Below, in pieces: positions 55,155 through 64,000 of a DNA stretch of 64,000 nt (position 1 is the stretch's first letter; each line of letters begins with the position of its first letter). This stretch comes from Terriglobia bacterium. GTDB taxonomy: Bacteria; Acidobacteriota; Terriglobia; Bryobacterales; Bryobacteraceae. Below the pieces are notes generated by a model. It saw only the letters and a list, made by a program, of their open reading frames with translations, searched no databases and was not told the DNA's origin. Both the position numbers and the translations under genes were made by a program. The stretch covers positions 29,852-93,851 of the forward strand of contig CAVXVL010000037.1 of assembly GCA_963765085.1 (NCBI GenBank), read 5' to 3'.

Positions 55155-56018
55155 GTGCGCGGCGGGCAGCGCCGCCAGCGCGGGAAGCGAGTAGAATAAA
55201 AACAGTGAGTTCCGAAAACATCACGGACCAGGCCTCGCCTGAAATCCAGGCCGCGGTTCCACCAGCTCTCCCGCCGCCAACCGTCGTCAGCGAACGTCCG
55301 CGTAGCGCGGTCGCCGAATGGACCGTCACCATTCTGCTGCTGCTGTTCCTGACCACGACGCTGGTGCAGGCGTACGTGATTCCGACAGGTTCCATGGAAG
55401 ATACGCTGCTCATCGGCGATCACCTGCTGGTGGACAAGATGGCCTACGCGCCCTCCGGCCCGATCAGCAAATATATCCTGCCGTATGAAATCCGCGCGCG
55501 CGGCGACATCATCGTGTTTCGCTATCCCGTGGATATCCGGCAGACCTTCGTCAAGCGTGTGATCGGCGAGCCGGGCGATCGCATCCGCATCGTCAACAAG
55601 CAGATTTATCGCAACGGCGTCGCGTTGAACGAGCCGTACAAGTATCACAAGACCGATTACATCGCGCCCTATCGCGACAATTTTCCCAGCCGAGCCGGAC
55701 GTGATGGTGGATCGTGGCGCCATCGACATGCTGACCAATCACGTGGTGAACGGCGAAGTCGTGGTTCCGCCCAACAGCTATTTCGCGATGGGCGATAACC
55801 GCGATAATTCGCTCGACAGCCGCTATTGGGGCTTCGTCCCCCGCGAAAACATCATCGGCAAACCGCTGATCATCTACTGGTCGTTCGACGCGCCCAGTTC
55901 GGAATTGCAGGATCCGTCGATCGGCGTCGACCACATCATGGACGTCGCGAAGAACTTCTTCGGGAAGACCCGCTGGCGCCGCAGTTTCATGCTGATTCAC
56001 CCCTATCGCGGAAAATGA
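55151..56018 (+). pseudogene. lepB: signal peptidase I; 1 frameshift as assembled
   Basis: [39 protein letters not shown], then (after ~55690) [21 protein letters not shown] in ORF 55701..56018. An alternative GTG start lies at 55205. Confidence 0.85.
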
Positions 56019-56773
56019 GCAAGCTCGAACAGGGCACACGGGATTTCATTTTCGAGTGGACCCTGAACATCCTGATTCTGCTGTTCGGCACCACGACGCT
56101 GGTGCAGGCCTTCATCGTCCCGACGCCTTCGATGGACACCACCGTCATGGTCGGCGATCATCTGTTGGTCGACAAACTCTCCTACGCGAACACGGATCCG
56201 ATCAGCAAGCATCTTCTGCCGTATACGGAGCCGAAGCGCGGCGACGTGATCGTGTTTCGCTATCCGCTGGATATCAGCCAGAACTACGTGAAGCGCGTGA
56301 TGGGCGTGCCCGGCGATCGCATTCATATACTCAATAAAATCGTTTACCTGAACGGGACGCCGCTCCAGGAGCCCTATGCGGAACATATTTTTCCGGGCCT
56401 GGAGCCGTATCGCGACACGTTTCCCATGAATCCGAAAGAGGCGGAGCCGCTGATCGCGGCGACGCGCGTGGATACGGAGCGAGCGGTGGACATGCTGACC
56501 AATCACGTGGTGAACGGCGAGCTGGTGGTTCCTCCCGGCAGCTATTTTGCGATGGGCGACAATCGCGACGATTCGCTCGACAGCCGCTATTGGGGATTCG
56601 TGCCGCGCGATTACATCATCGGCAAACCGCTGTTTATTTTCTGGTCGTACGACGCACCCACCGCGGATTGGATCGGCGGAAGCGGGCACTACGTGGATCT
56701 ACTGGAGAATTTTTTCACGAAGACGCGCTGGAATCGCACGTTGAAGCTGATTCGCGGCATCCCGATCGGTTAA
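56015..56773 (+). CDS. lepB: signal peptidase I (second, intact copy)
   Basis: ATG 56015 overlaps the preceding stop (ATGA). [60 protein letters not shown]. Confidence 0.9.
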   Translation: MSKLEQGTRDFIFEWTLNILILLFGTTTLVQAFIVPTPSMDTTVMVGDHLLVDKLSYANTDPISKHLLPYTEPKRGDVIVFRYPLDISQNYVKRVMGVPGDRIHILNKIVYLNGTPLQEPYAEHIFPGLEPYRDTFPMNPKEAEPLIAATRVDTERAVDMLTNHVVNGELVVPPGSYFAMGDNRDDSLDSRYWGFVPRDYIIGKPLFIFWSYDAPTADWIGGSGHYVDLLENFFTKTRWNRTLKLIRGIPIG

Positions 56774-56782
56774 AGTCGGATC

Positions 56783-56962
56783 ATGCCCCACCTTTTCGGT
56801 CTCATCCTGGCGGGGGGACGAGGGACGCGCTTCTGGCCCCGCAGCCGCCGCAGCCTATATGGAACCGCGAATGTGAATGAGCGGGCAGCCGCGAGAGGAA
56901 GTTTTTCGGCCCGCTCGATCAGTCTCGTGGTTCTCATTCATCGACGCGCTGAGGCCGCCTGA
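56783..56962 (+). pseudogene. 59-codon ORF whose first 24 codons duplicate the 5' end of the downstream guanylyltransferase gene
   Basis: 56783-56855 versus 56966-57038: 65/73 nt identical. MPHLFGLILAGGRGTRFWPRSRRS versus MSHLYGLILAGGRGTRFWPRSRRS, then unrelated sequence up to TGA 56960-56962. Confidence 0.5.
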
Positions 56963-56965
56963 CTT

Positions 56966-58033
56966 ATGTCGCACCTTTATGGACTCATCCTGGCGGGCGG
57001 ACGGGGGACGCGTTTCTGGCCCCGCAGCCGCCGCAGCCGCGCGAAACAAATCCTGAGCTTCTTCGGCGAACGCACGCTGATTCAGCAGACCGTGGACCGC
57101 CTGAAGCCTTTGCTTCCGCCCGATCGCATCTGGATTCTGACGAATCATCACTTGCGCGCGGAGATCATCAAGCAGCTTCCCGAAGTTCCGAAGGCGCAGA
57201 TTTTAGCCGAACCCGCGCAGCGCAATACCGCGCCGGCGATCGGACTGGCCGCGCAGATTATTTCGACCATCGATCCCGAGGCGGTGATGGGCGTGTTTCC
57301 AGCCGACCACGTCATCGTCAAGAATCGCGATTATGTCCGGCTCCTGCGACCTGCGTTCAAAGCGGCGGGCGAAGGCAAGATTGTCGTGATCGGCATCCAG
57401 CCACGCTGGGCCGAAACCGGATACGGCTACATAGAATTCAGCAGCTCGCCGGAACCGGGCACTGCGGTTCCGGTCTCAAGTTTCCGCGAAAAACCGGATT
57501 TGAAAACCGCGGAAGCGTTCGTCGAAGCTGGGAATTTCTATTGGAACGCGGGCATGTTCTTCTGGAAGACATCGATTCTGCTGGAGAATCTGCGCGTTTT
57601 TCAGCCGAAAACGGCATCCTTACTCGCGAGCCTTCCTCCGATCACAAGCCGCCAGTTCGCACCCAAGCTCGAAGCGACATTCCCTCTGTGCGAGAACATC
57701 TCGATCGATTACGCGGTGCTCGAACGAGCGAAGAACGTCGTGGGCATTCCCGCGGGCGATATTGGCTGGAGCGACGTCGGGAGTTGGAACGCGGTGTACG
57801 AACTGCATAAACGCGACAGCCAGGGCAACGCGCTACGCTCTCCTTCGATTATCGAGGCGAGCACGGGCAATTACGTGGAAGCCGACAAGAAGCTGGTCGC
57901 GCTGCTCGGCGTAAAAGATTTAATCATTGTGGATACGCCGGATGCCCTGTTGATCGCGGATCGCGGACGGGCGCAAGAGGTCGGGGATTTAGTGAAGCGG
58001 CTGGAGAAAGCCGGTCACGATCATTTGCTTTAG
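56966..58033 (+). CDS. mannose-1-phosphate guanylyltransferase (nucleotidyltransferase domain only)
   Basis: G-loop LILAGGRGTRFWPRSR, EPAQRNTAPAI, FPADH, GYGYIE, FREKPD, YWNAGMFFW, SIDYAVLE. 355 aa, with no C-terminal isomerase/cupin domain. Confidence 0.85.
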   Translation: MSHLYGLILAGGRGTRFWPRSRRSRAKQILSFFGERTLIQQTVDRLKPLLPPDRIWILTNHHLRAEIIKQLPEVPKAQILAEPAQRNTAPAIGLAAQIISTIDPEAVMGVFPADHVIVKNRDYVRLLRPAFKAAGEGKIVVIGIQPRWAETGYGYIEFSSSPEPGTAVPVSSFREKPDLKTAEAFVEAGNFYWNAGMFFWKTSILLENLRVFQPKTASLLASLPPITSRQFAPKLEATFPLCENISIDYAVLERAKNVVGIPAGDIGWSDVGSWNAVYELHKRDSQGNALRSPSIIEASTGNYVEADKKLVALLGVKDLIIVDTPDALLIADRGRAQEVGDLVKRLEKAGHDHLL

Positions 58034-58138
58034 CACGGACTGCGCCGCACAGAAGAATAAGCCCCGGCGTCGGCATGAGTGCCGACGCGGCACGCGTGGG
58101 CGCGTGCGCCACAGAGCTCCCTGGGCAGTCCGCTGAAA

Positions 58139-60445
58139 CTATCGCACCACGATCTTCGCCAGGCCGACGTTTCCGGCGGCATCGAATACGCGCACCACGA
58201 CGACGTGCTCGCCGGACGGGAAATTGTCGATGTGGATCAGGAATTTCTCACGCGGGGAATCCGTCAGTCCGTCGATAGCTTCGACCGGCAGCCACGGTTG
58301 CGTGTCGAGCGAATATTCGCAGCGGCGGAGATCGGAAGCGCGATCCTCGGCGTCGACGTTGATGTCCACCGCAGTTCCTGAACGCACGGGGGCGCTGGCC
58401 GTCACGACGGGCGGGGTGTTATCGATCACCACTGGAGCACTTACGAGTTCGGTCTGCCGCGCTTGATCCGCCGCATTCGAGGGGCGATCCGACGCCACAA
58501 CTCGGAAATAATAGCGGCCGTCGGCGAGCGCATCGGAGTCGAGCGGATAAGTGTTGTCGCTGATGTTCGCGCGCAGGAGCTTCCATTCACGCTCCTCCTC
58601 GCCGCGGAAGTACAGCGTGTAGGAGAGCTTGTCGCCATCGGGATCGTCGGCCTGCCAGATCACCTGCATCTGCTGCCCCGAAGGACGTCCGAAAGTCTGC
58701 GCCTGCGTACCTGCGGGCGTGGATGCGTCGCCGGTGTCGGTCACGGTAATCGAGTAGGGGGAGGATGCAGAGGCAGTCGCGGAAGACGCCGCTTTCGTGG
58801 GAGAATTCGCGGATGACACGCTGATGCTTCGAATGATCGGCGGCGCGTTCTGAGGCAAGTACGCCAGCCTGACACTCGCAAGTTCCACCGGCGCTCCTGA
58901 GAACTCGGCTCGCCATTGGATGAAGCGAGCGTTCGGACTTGTGATATTCGCGGGACTCGCCAGCGGCGAAGACCAATCGCTCCACGCAGAATCGGGACGC
59001 GACGAGTTGCCGGTGCGAGTTTTCAGCATCACGCCCGCCTGCGGTGCGCCGCCATTCCCGCCGGTGCCAGGAGATCCTGCCCCAACGTGCGACGGCACCG
59101 GCGTCGTGCACGGGAGATTCGAACCAGCCGCCGGTTGTGCTGTTGGTGTCGAGTCGCACCAGCTTCGCGGCGCTTCCCATGGCCGCGAACATCCCTCGCG
59201 GCGAGGCGATCAGTCGCGTCGCATCGCTCTCATTGGCTTGTGCGATAAGCGCAGGATCTTGAGAGCTGATCGCCGCGGAATCGGTGCGGCGGGCGTCGAT
59301 CCTATAAATGCGTCCCTGCGCGTCGGTTAAAAGAAGCAGCGTGCCGGAGGGTTCGGCGGCGACGTCGTAAATGTTTTCGTCCTTCGAACTCCACAAGGTT
59401 TCGACGGAATTGTCCGGTGAGATCCGATACAGCGCGGACCGTTCGACGCCGGTGTATTCGGCCGTGGTGGCGGCCGACGGAAATTGTCGGAGGTGTGCTC
59501 GATGGCTTCGGCGCTTCGGGCTTCGGAGGCGTGATCATCGCTGCCTGTGCGTCAGCGGTAACAGTAATGCTCGTCAGCCGGAGCAGTCACCGTCACTCCC
59601 GAAGTCTGTATCGCCGATGATGCCGCTCCCACGCGGCGCGCAACGCTGCCGCCGAGCGCGGACGCATAGATCGTCCCATCGGGTGCGGTGAGAATCGAGC
59701 GGATCTCCGGGAGGTGCGATTGATACAACACGAAGGCCTTCCCGGGATTGCCTGTGATCCGATACAGGACGCCGTTCGGCTCACTCCCCGCCAGCAGGCG
59801 TCCTTCGCGGTCGAAGGCCAACGCCGTCACGTGCGATTGGCCGGTTTCATAATAGAGTTCGCCTCGGCCGGCGGCCGTGACACGGTAGATCTTGCCTTGC
59901 TGCCCGGTACCGACGTAGAGCGATCCATCGGGCGCAATCGCCAAGGCCCAGATGTAAGGCTCGCCTGGGGAAAAGTACTCGGTGGCTTTGCTGTTCTCGA
60001 TCCGATAAACCTTGCCGTCGGGCGATGTGCCCAAGTAGACGACGCCCGCCTTATCGACGGTCAGCGCGAAAATCTCCGGCTGGTCCGCGGTCCAAATAAC
60101 GGAACCTTTTCCCGACGCATCCACTTTGATAAGACGTCCACGATGGCCGGTTCCGAGATAAAGCGAGCCGTCGGGTGCGGAAGCGATCGCCCAAATCTCC
60201 GGTTGATCGGACGAGTAAACCGGTACGAGAGCAGGACCGGGCGTGAGCCGACCATCGCGGGTCAGCGAGAGCCCGCTGAGGCGGCCGCGCAAGAAATCCT
60301 GGTTGCCGTTCAATTCCCAAACCGTGGTCGTGGCAGCTTGCGCGCTGACTGAGAGTAAGCCGAGGGCCAGAACGGCAAACAGCAGGTCCCTCGACTTCGC
60401 TCGGGATGACTTGGATTGGATGGACTTCGCCAGGCTCTGGGTCAC
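58139..60445 (-). pseudogene. secreted beta-propeller / FN3-like repeat protein; about 3 frameshifts as assembled
   Basis: GTG 60445; signal peptide. Repeated APDGSLY-GTG..G.IYR blades (ORF 59552..60445) continue through frames 59302.., 58587.. and 58139..59098 (FN3/Ig-like C-terminus). Junctions are at about 59550, 59480 and 59075. Confidence 0.7.
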
Positions 60446-62197
60446 TAATCCTTCACCTCAACCTGCACCGTCTTCGTTCCGGTGACGACGAGCCCGGGGC
60501 CGGGAGAGACTTCGATCTCGGCGAGCTTCGCACCGCGGGCGATTGCCAGATTCGTGCTGCCTGCCTGCGCGCGCGTCAGAATCATGGCGAGCGAGGCGGG
60601 CGGCGAGGGAAGATCGCGGCCTTCGACTGTGAAAGACGGCTCCGAACGCCACACGCGAAGATACGCCTTCGTATTCGAGCGCAGACCGTTCAGCAGATTT
60701 AACACTTCGGCAGGCGAGTGCTGCGGCGTGCCGACCGCGGCCTGGAATTCGATCGTATTCGTCGCGGTGGCGTCCGCGATGGAGAAGTAGAGCGTTCCAT
60801 TCGGTGCGCCGATGGGCACTCGATAGCGTACGTGGCGCGACGTTTCCACGCCGTTCTGTTCTCCCAGAACAACAAGGATATCGAGATCGTCGCCGGGACG
60901 GGCCGTGCGCGGGGCAATCAGATCCAGAATCTGGCTCTGGCCGCGCTTCAGAACGGAACTCACATCGAGCATTATATTTTTGACTCGCAACGCATCGAAG
61001 CCGCTTTGCAAAGCGAATCCCACGTCCGACGCGACACCACCCGACGCAATCGCGGCGACGGCCACGTCACCGGTATATACATCGTCAACGCGAACCGTGC
61101 CGCCGGCAAAATCGATCTGACCACGAATGGAATACGTCTCCGGCCCGATGCTGCGCTCGGTCGCGTCGATTGCTGAAAACACGGCCATTTGTGTGAGCAG
61201 GGGAGTCATCACGCGATCCTCGATCATGCGCATCTTATAAACATTCGCACCAACGCGAATCTCCACCGGAATCATCGACGCCGCGCGTCCGGTCACGCCC
61301 GCGATGGCCGTGTCGCGATCCGCGGTAATCGAACCCATCCATTCGCGCGCAGTCGAGAATCTTAAAGGAGCTCGCGAAATTAGGCAGCAGCGCGAGGACT
61401 TCCGCCTGCGCGAACGGCATATCCGTAGGTCCCGCGGCCATGAAGCGGTGACCGAAGGCGTACAGATGATCGCCATCGATGGCAGTGACGGTTCCGTCGG
61501 CACCCGTGGACATATCGCCCGAAAGAAGTTGCACGCTGATCATGGAGCCGGGCTCGAGTTTTTTCGGATCGCCGAGCTGCTCGCTGGGGGCGCCGCCGCC
61601 CGAAACTCCTTGCCGCGGATCGAGCCCGATGGTGCGAAGCTGAGGAGCAAAATGATCCAGCGTCGCGGTGGTGAATCCCGCAAACGAAACGGGCGTGGCG
61701 ATTTCTTCCAACCGCTGATTGCCCGCGACGAACGGGCTGCGGCGCGGCGGAAGGGTTGAAGCCAGCTGACGAGTTCCGTCCGCGGCAGGCTCGGGGTCGA
61801 CGCGCAACATATCTTCAATCGGACGAATCCCCGCGATGGCTACTTTCGATTGGGGGAAGCTCAGAGCGACCGCGCCCACCAGCTTTCCATCGATATAAAC
61901 GGGCGATCCGCTCATGCCCTGCATGACGCCCGTCTCGGCTAGCGGTCCACCGCTCAACCGCGCGAGAATGATCGATTGACGGGGTCCCAGGTTATCGAGG
62001 ACACCCAGAATCTCGACCTGAAAATCTTCGACACGCGTTCCCGCAAAAACGGTTCGTCCGATGCCGTGTTGCCCGGCGCGAACATCTTTAAGAGGAAAGA
62101 TCGCGGGAGCGGCGTGCAAAGCGAAGGGAAGACTCAACGCAATACGCAGCCACACGAAGCACCGAACCGAACCTCGTGTTAAAAAATGTCGAGCCAC
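60445..62197 (-). pseudogene. SpoIVB/peptidase S55-like serine protease domain protein; 1 frameshift as assembled
   Basis: Signal peptide, FQVEILGVL...GVMQGMSGSPVYIDGKLVGAV...ITPI-like core (ORF 61235..62197). The C-terminal ~330 aa are in ORF 60445..61503. The junction is at about 61370. The stop shares 1 nt with the next start. Confidence 0.65.
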
Positions 62198-62435
62198 GGC
62201 ACCATTTTAGGTCCTTTCGCACGCGCCGCGGAGAGCGCCGGCGTGTGAATAATGCGTGACTCGGGAATGAACCCTAGTCTACAATCGTATGAACCTTAGC
62301 CAAGAAATGCCCGTAATCGGTTGTAACAGCTTGGGTAGGACGTGCATCCGGAACACGTAGTAGTATAGGTAGAACGCCGAGTCTTACGGGGCGCGGTGGC
62401 ACTTTGCAGACTTATATTTTTTAGGGAGGTATCCC

Positions 62436-62999
62436 ATGTGGAACCGCCGCAAGGACGAAGTTAATACCAGGCCCACCACGGCCACCCCGGTCTCATCGCC
62501 AGAACCAGCTAAGGAAGGAACCTCGATGTCCACATTACCCACACGCGCGGTAGAAACGCACCATGACACAAGCCGCGGAGGAGGGCCTGCCATTCTCGGC
62601 AAGTCCGTCATCGTCAAAGGTCAGATTTACGGGCGGGAAGATCTGACGATCGATGGAGAGGTCGAGGGAACCGTGGAACTGCAGGAGCATCGCCTCACGA
62701 TCGGGCCGAACGGCAAGGTGACGGCGACCGTGAAGGCGCGCGAGGTTGTGGTGCTCGGCACGTTGCAGGGCAATGTGGAGACGCGCGATAAGATTCACAT
62801 ACGCAAGGATGCGAAGTTGGTGGGCGACATCAAGACGGCGCGGATTGAAATCGAAGACGGGGCCTATTTCAAAGGCAATATCGATATCACGCGGACCGAC
62901 GCCAAGCCGGCCGCCGCGCCCAAACCCCAGGCCGTAGCCTCGGCGGCATCAGCTACGAATGCTCCAGCCGCCGCAAGTGCCGGCGACCACAAGAGGTAA
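62436..62999 (+). CDS. bactofilin (polymer-forming cytoskeletal protein)
   Basis: RBS AGGGAGG. Beta-helical DUF583 core IVKGQIYGREDLTIDGEVEGTVELQEHRLTIGPNGKVTATVKAREVVVLGTLQGNVET..KIHIRKDAKLVGDIKTARIEIEDGAYFKGNIDI, flanked by disordered Pro/Ala-rich tails. Confidence 0.85.
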   Translation: MWNRRKDEVNTRPTTATPVSSPEPAKEGTSMSTLPTRAVETHHDTSRGGGPAILGKSVIVKGQIYGREDLTIDGEVEGTVELQEHRLTIGPNGKVTATVKAREVVVLGTLQGNVETRDKIHIRKDAKLVGDIKTARIEIEDGAYFKGNIDITRTDAKPAAAPKPQAVASAASATNAPAAASAGDHKR

Positions 63000-63002
63000 G
63001 GG

Positions 63003-63608
63003 TTGGTTCGCGCGCCGGCCGCGCTCGAAACGCGCAACAGCAACGGGTTGAGCCAGTTCTGTAGCACGCTCGAAGAGCGTCCGGGATTATCGATTCTGGA
63101 TTTTGCGCCCGCCAATCAATCGACCGTCAGCTTCATCACCGGCTACGGACATCGTCTGTACTCAGACGATTTCGTGCATCAATTGGACCAGTGCTTCGGC
63201 GCGTCCGGCGACTTCTTCGAGAATCAATCGAATCCGTTGCTGGTCAACCGTTTTTTGGAGGCGGCACTGGATTTCGAAGATCAATCGTTCGACGGAGCGC
63301 TGGTGTGGGATTCTTTGCAATTTCTGACCCCGGCGCTCCTGCAAACGGTCGTGAGCCGGTTGCACCGTGTGCTGCGGCCGGGATCGAGTTTGCTGTCGAT
63401 CTTCCATGCCGAGGAACGCGTGGAACAGATCTCCACGTTTTCGTATCGCATTCAGGATCAGAAAACCGTGCTCATGGCGCAGCGCGCGAAGCGCAAGCCG
63501 GCGCAGATTTTCAACAATCGCAATCTGGAGAAACTGTTCCAGGATTTCTCGTCAGTGAAGTTCTTCTTAACGAGAGATCACTTGCGCGAAGTGATCGTGA
63601 AGCAGTAG
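63003..63608 (+). CDS. class I methyltransferase-like protein with atypical motif I
   Basis: TTG start 3 nt after the bactofilin stop. FDGALVWDSLQFLTP...LHRVLRPGSSLL resembles SAM-MTase motifs II/III, but the motif I position reads ILDFAPANQS (no GxGxG). The start codon is uncertain. Confidence 0.5.
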   Translation: MVRAPAALETRNSNGLSQFCSTLEERPGLSILDFAPANQSTVSFITGYGHRLYSDDFVHQLDQCFGASGDFFENQSNPLLVNRFLEAALDFEDQSFDGALVWDSLQFLTPALLQTVVSRLHRVLRPGSSLLSIFHAEERVEQISTFSYRIQDQKTVLMAQRAKRKPAQIFNNRNLEKLFQDFSSVKFFLTRDHLREVIVKQ

Positions 63609-63701
63609 CTCCCATTTTTCGTCGACTGCTTTAACTTCAGTTTCGACCGCCAACTTTGTCTCGCTCGCTCTCCTCCCTCTATACTTCCTTAAGGAGCATC
63701 C

Positions 63702-64000
63702 TTGTCCCTCGAAGACGAACTTCTAGAGCAACGCGTCCGCCGCATCGCTGAAATCGAAGCACTTGGGTTCCGCGCCTACGGGCAGCGGTTCGATTTCACG
63801 CACACGATTCCGCAGATCCTGGCCACACAGAACGCGCGGACCGCCGAGGAGTTGGACGCCGAGAAGCCTCGCGTAAAGATCGCCGGCCGCATTCAGACCG
63901 TCCGCCGCATGGGCAAAGCAGGCTTCATGCATCTGGCGCAATCGGGCGAGCGTCTGCAAGTGTACGTTCGCAAGGATGCGGTCAGCGAGCGTGAATACGC
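63702..64000 (+). CDS. lysS: lysine--tRNA ligase, N-terminal part (3' end beyond window)
   Basis: TTG 63702 after AAGGAG (63691-63696). LSLEDELLEQRVRRIAEIEALGFRAYGQRFDFTHTIPQIL...VKIAGRIQTVRRMGKAGFMHLAQSGERLQVYVRKD is the class II LysRS N-terminal OB-fold pattern. It is open to the window end, so it is absent from the ORF track. Confidence 0.8.
   Translation, partial: MSLEDELLEQRVRRIAEIEALGFRAYGQRFDFTHTIPQILATQNARTAEELDAEKPRVKIAGRIQTVRRMGKAGFMHLAQSGERLQVYVRKDAVSEREY

Noticed and set aside
1-64000. CRISPR arrays, tRNA/rRNA genes, transposases, integrases, prophage genes
   Set aside because: I looked for regularly spaced repeats, cloverleaf-like segments in the larger intergenic regions (10.7-11.0, 11.8-12.2, 15.0-15.9, 26.0-26.7, 62.2-62.4 kb) and for recombinase-like ORFs. 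I found none.

Overview
High-GC (~60%) chromosomal segment. The gene content (DUF4118 histidine kinases, DUF6152/DUF3617 proteins, reaction-centre-type cytochrome c, SpoIVB/S55-like peptidase, bactofilin) looks like Acidobacteriota, but I cannot verify this without a search. I found no rRNA, tRNA, CRISPR array, transposase or integrase.

Gene order:
- 5' end: partial MBL hydrolase, SYLF protein, ClC channel, OmpA-family protein.
- A DUF6152-like secreted protein, three tandem 4-TM paralogues and a secreted tandem GlcG/HbpS protein.
- A GT-C-like membrane protein with an IPT/TIG tail, then an orphan tetrahaem cytochrome c.
- Module 1: sigma-r4-like HTH <- KdpE-like response regulator (RR) <- DUF4118 histidine kinase (HK), divergent from a porin and an EF-hand protein.
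- A CzcCBA-type efflux operon (adaptor and pump heavily frameshifted), then eda.
- Module 2: a degenerate soluble pseudo-kinase, divergent from porin, two paralogous secreted proteins, a DUF4118 HK and a KdpE-like RR.
- IorAB-type molybdoenzyme, MFS exporter, EthD protein, Tat-secreted orphan.
- A FecR-like / CHASE2 / caspase operon.
- DinB, DUF3617, PQQ dehydrogenase, Ser/Thr kinase, a third secreted paralogue, CDF transporter, MazEF-like toxin-antitoxin pair.
- ruvBA, rsmE, MacB-type ABC pair, two lepB genes, a mannose-1-P guanylyltransferase with a duplicated 5' fragment upstream.
- A beta-propeller/FN3 protein, the S55 peptidase, bactofilin, a methyltransferase-like protein and the start of lysS.

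Most interesting signals:
1. Six KdpE-operator-like direct repeats (TTTATG-N5-TTTACG) organise two parallel kinase<->porin divergent promoters, with no kdpFABC in the window.
2. An HK paralogue lacks its membrane domain and has Asp in place of the phospho-acceptor His.
3. An extracytoplasmic caspase operon is built around a CHASE2 protein with no output domain.
4. About 30 frameshifts cluster in two blocks (19.6-24.0 kb and 50.3-62.2 kb). They hit essential genes, so assembly indels are more likely than real decay.
5. GAGGNCA heptamer arrays extend the 3' ends of ruvA and rsmE.
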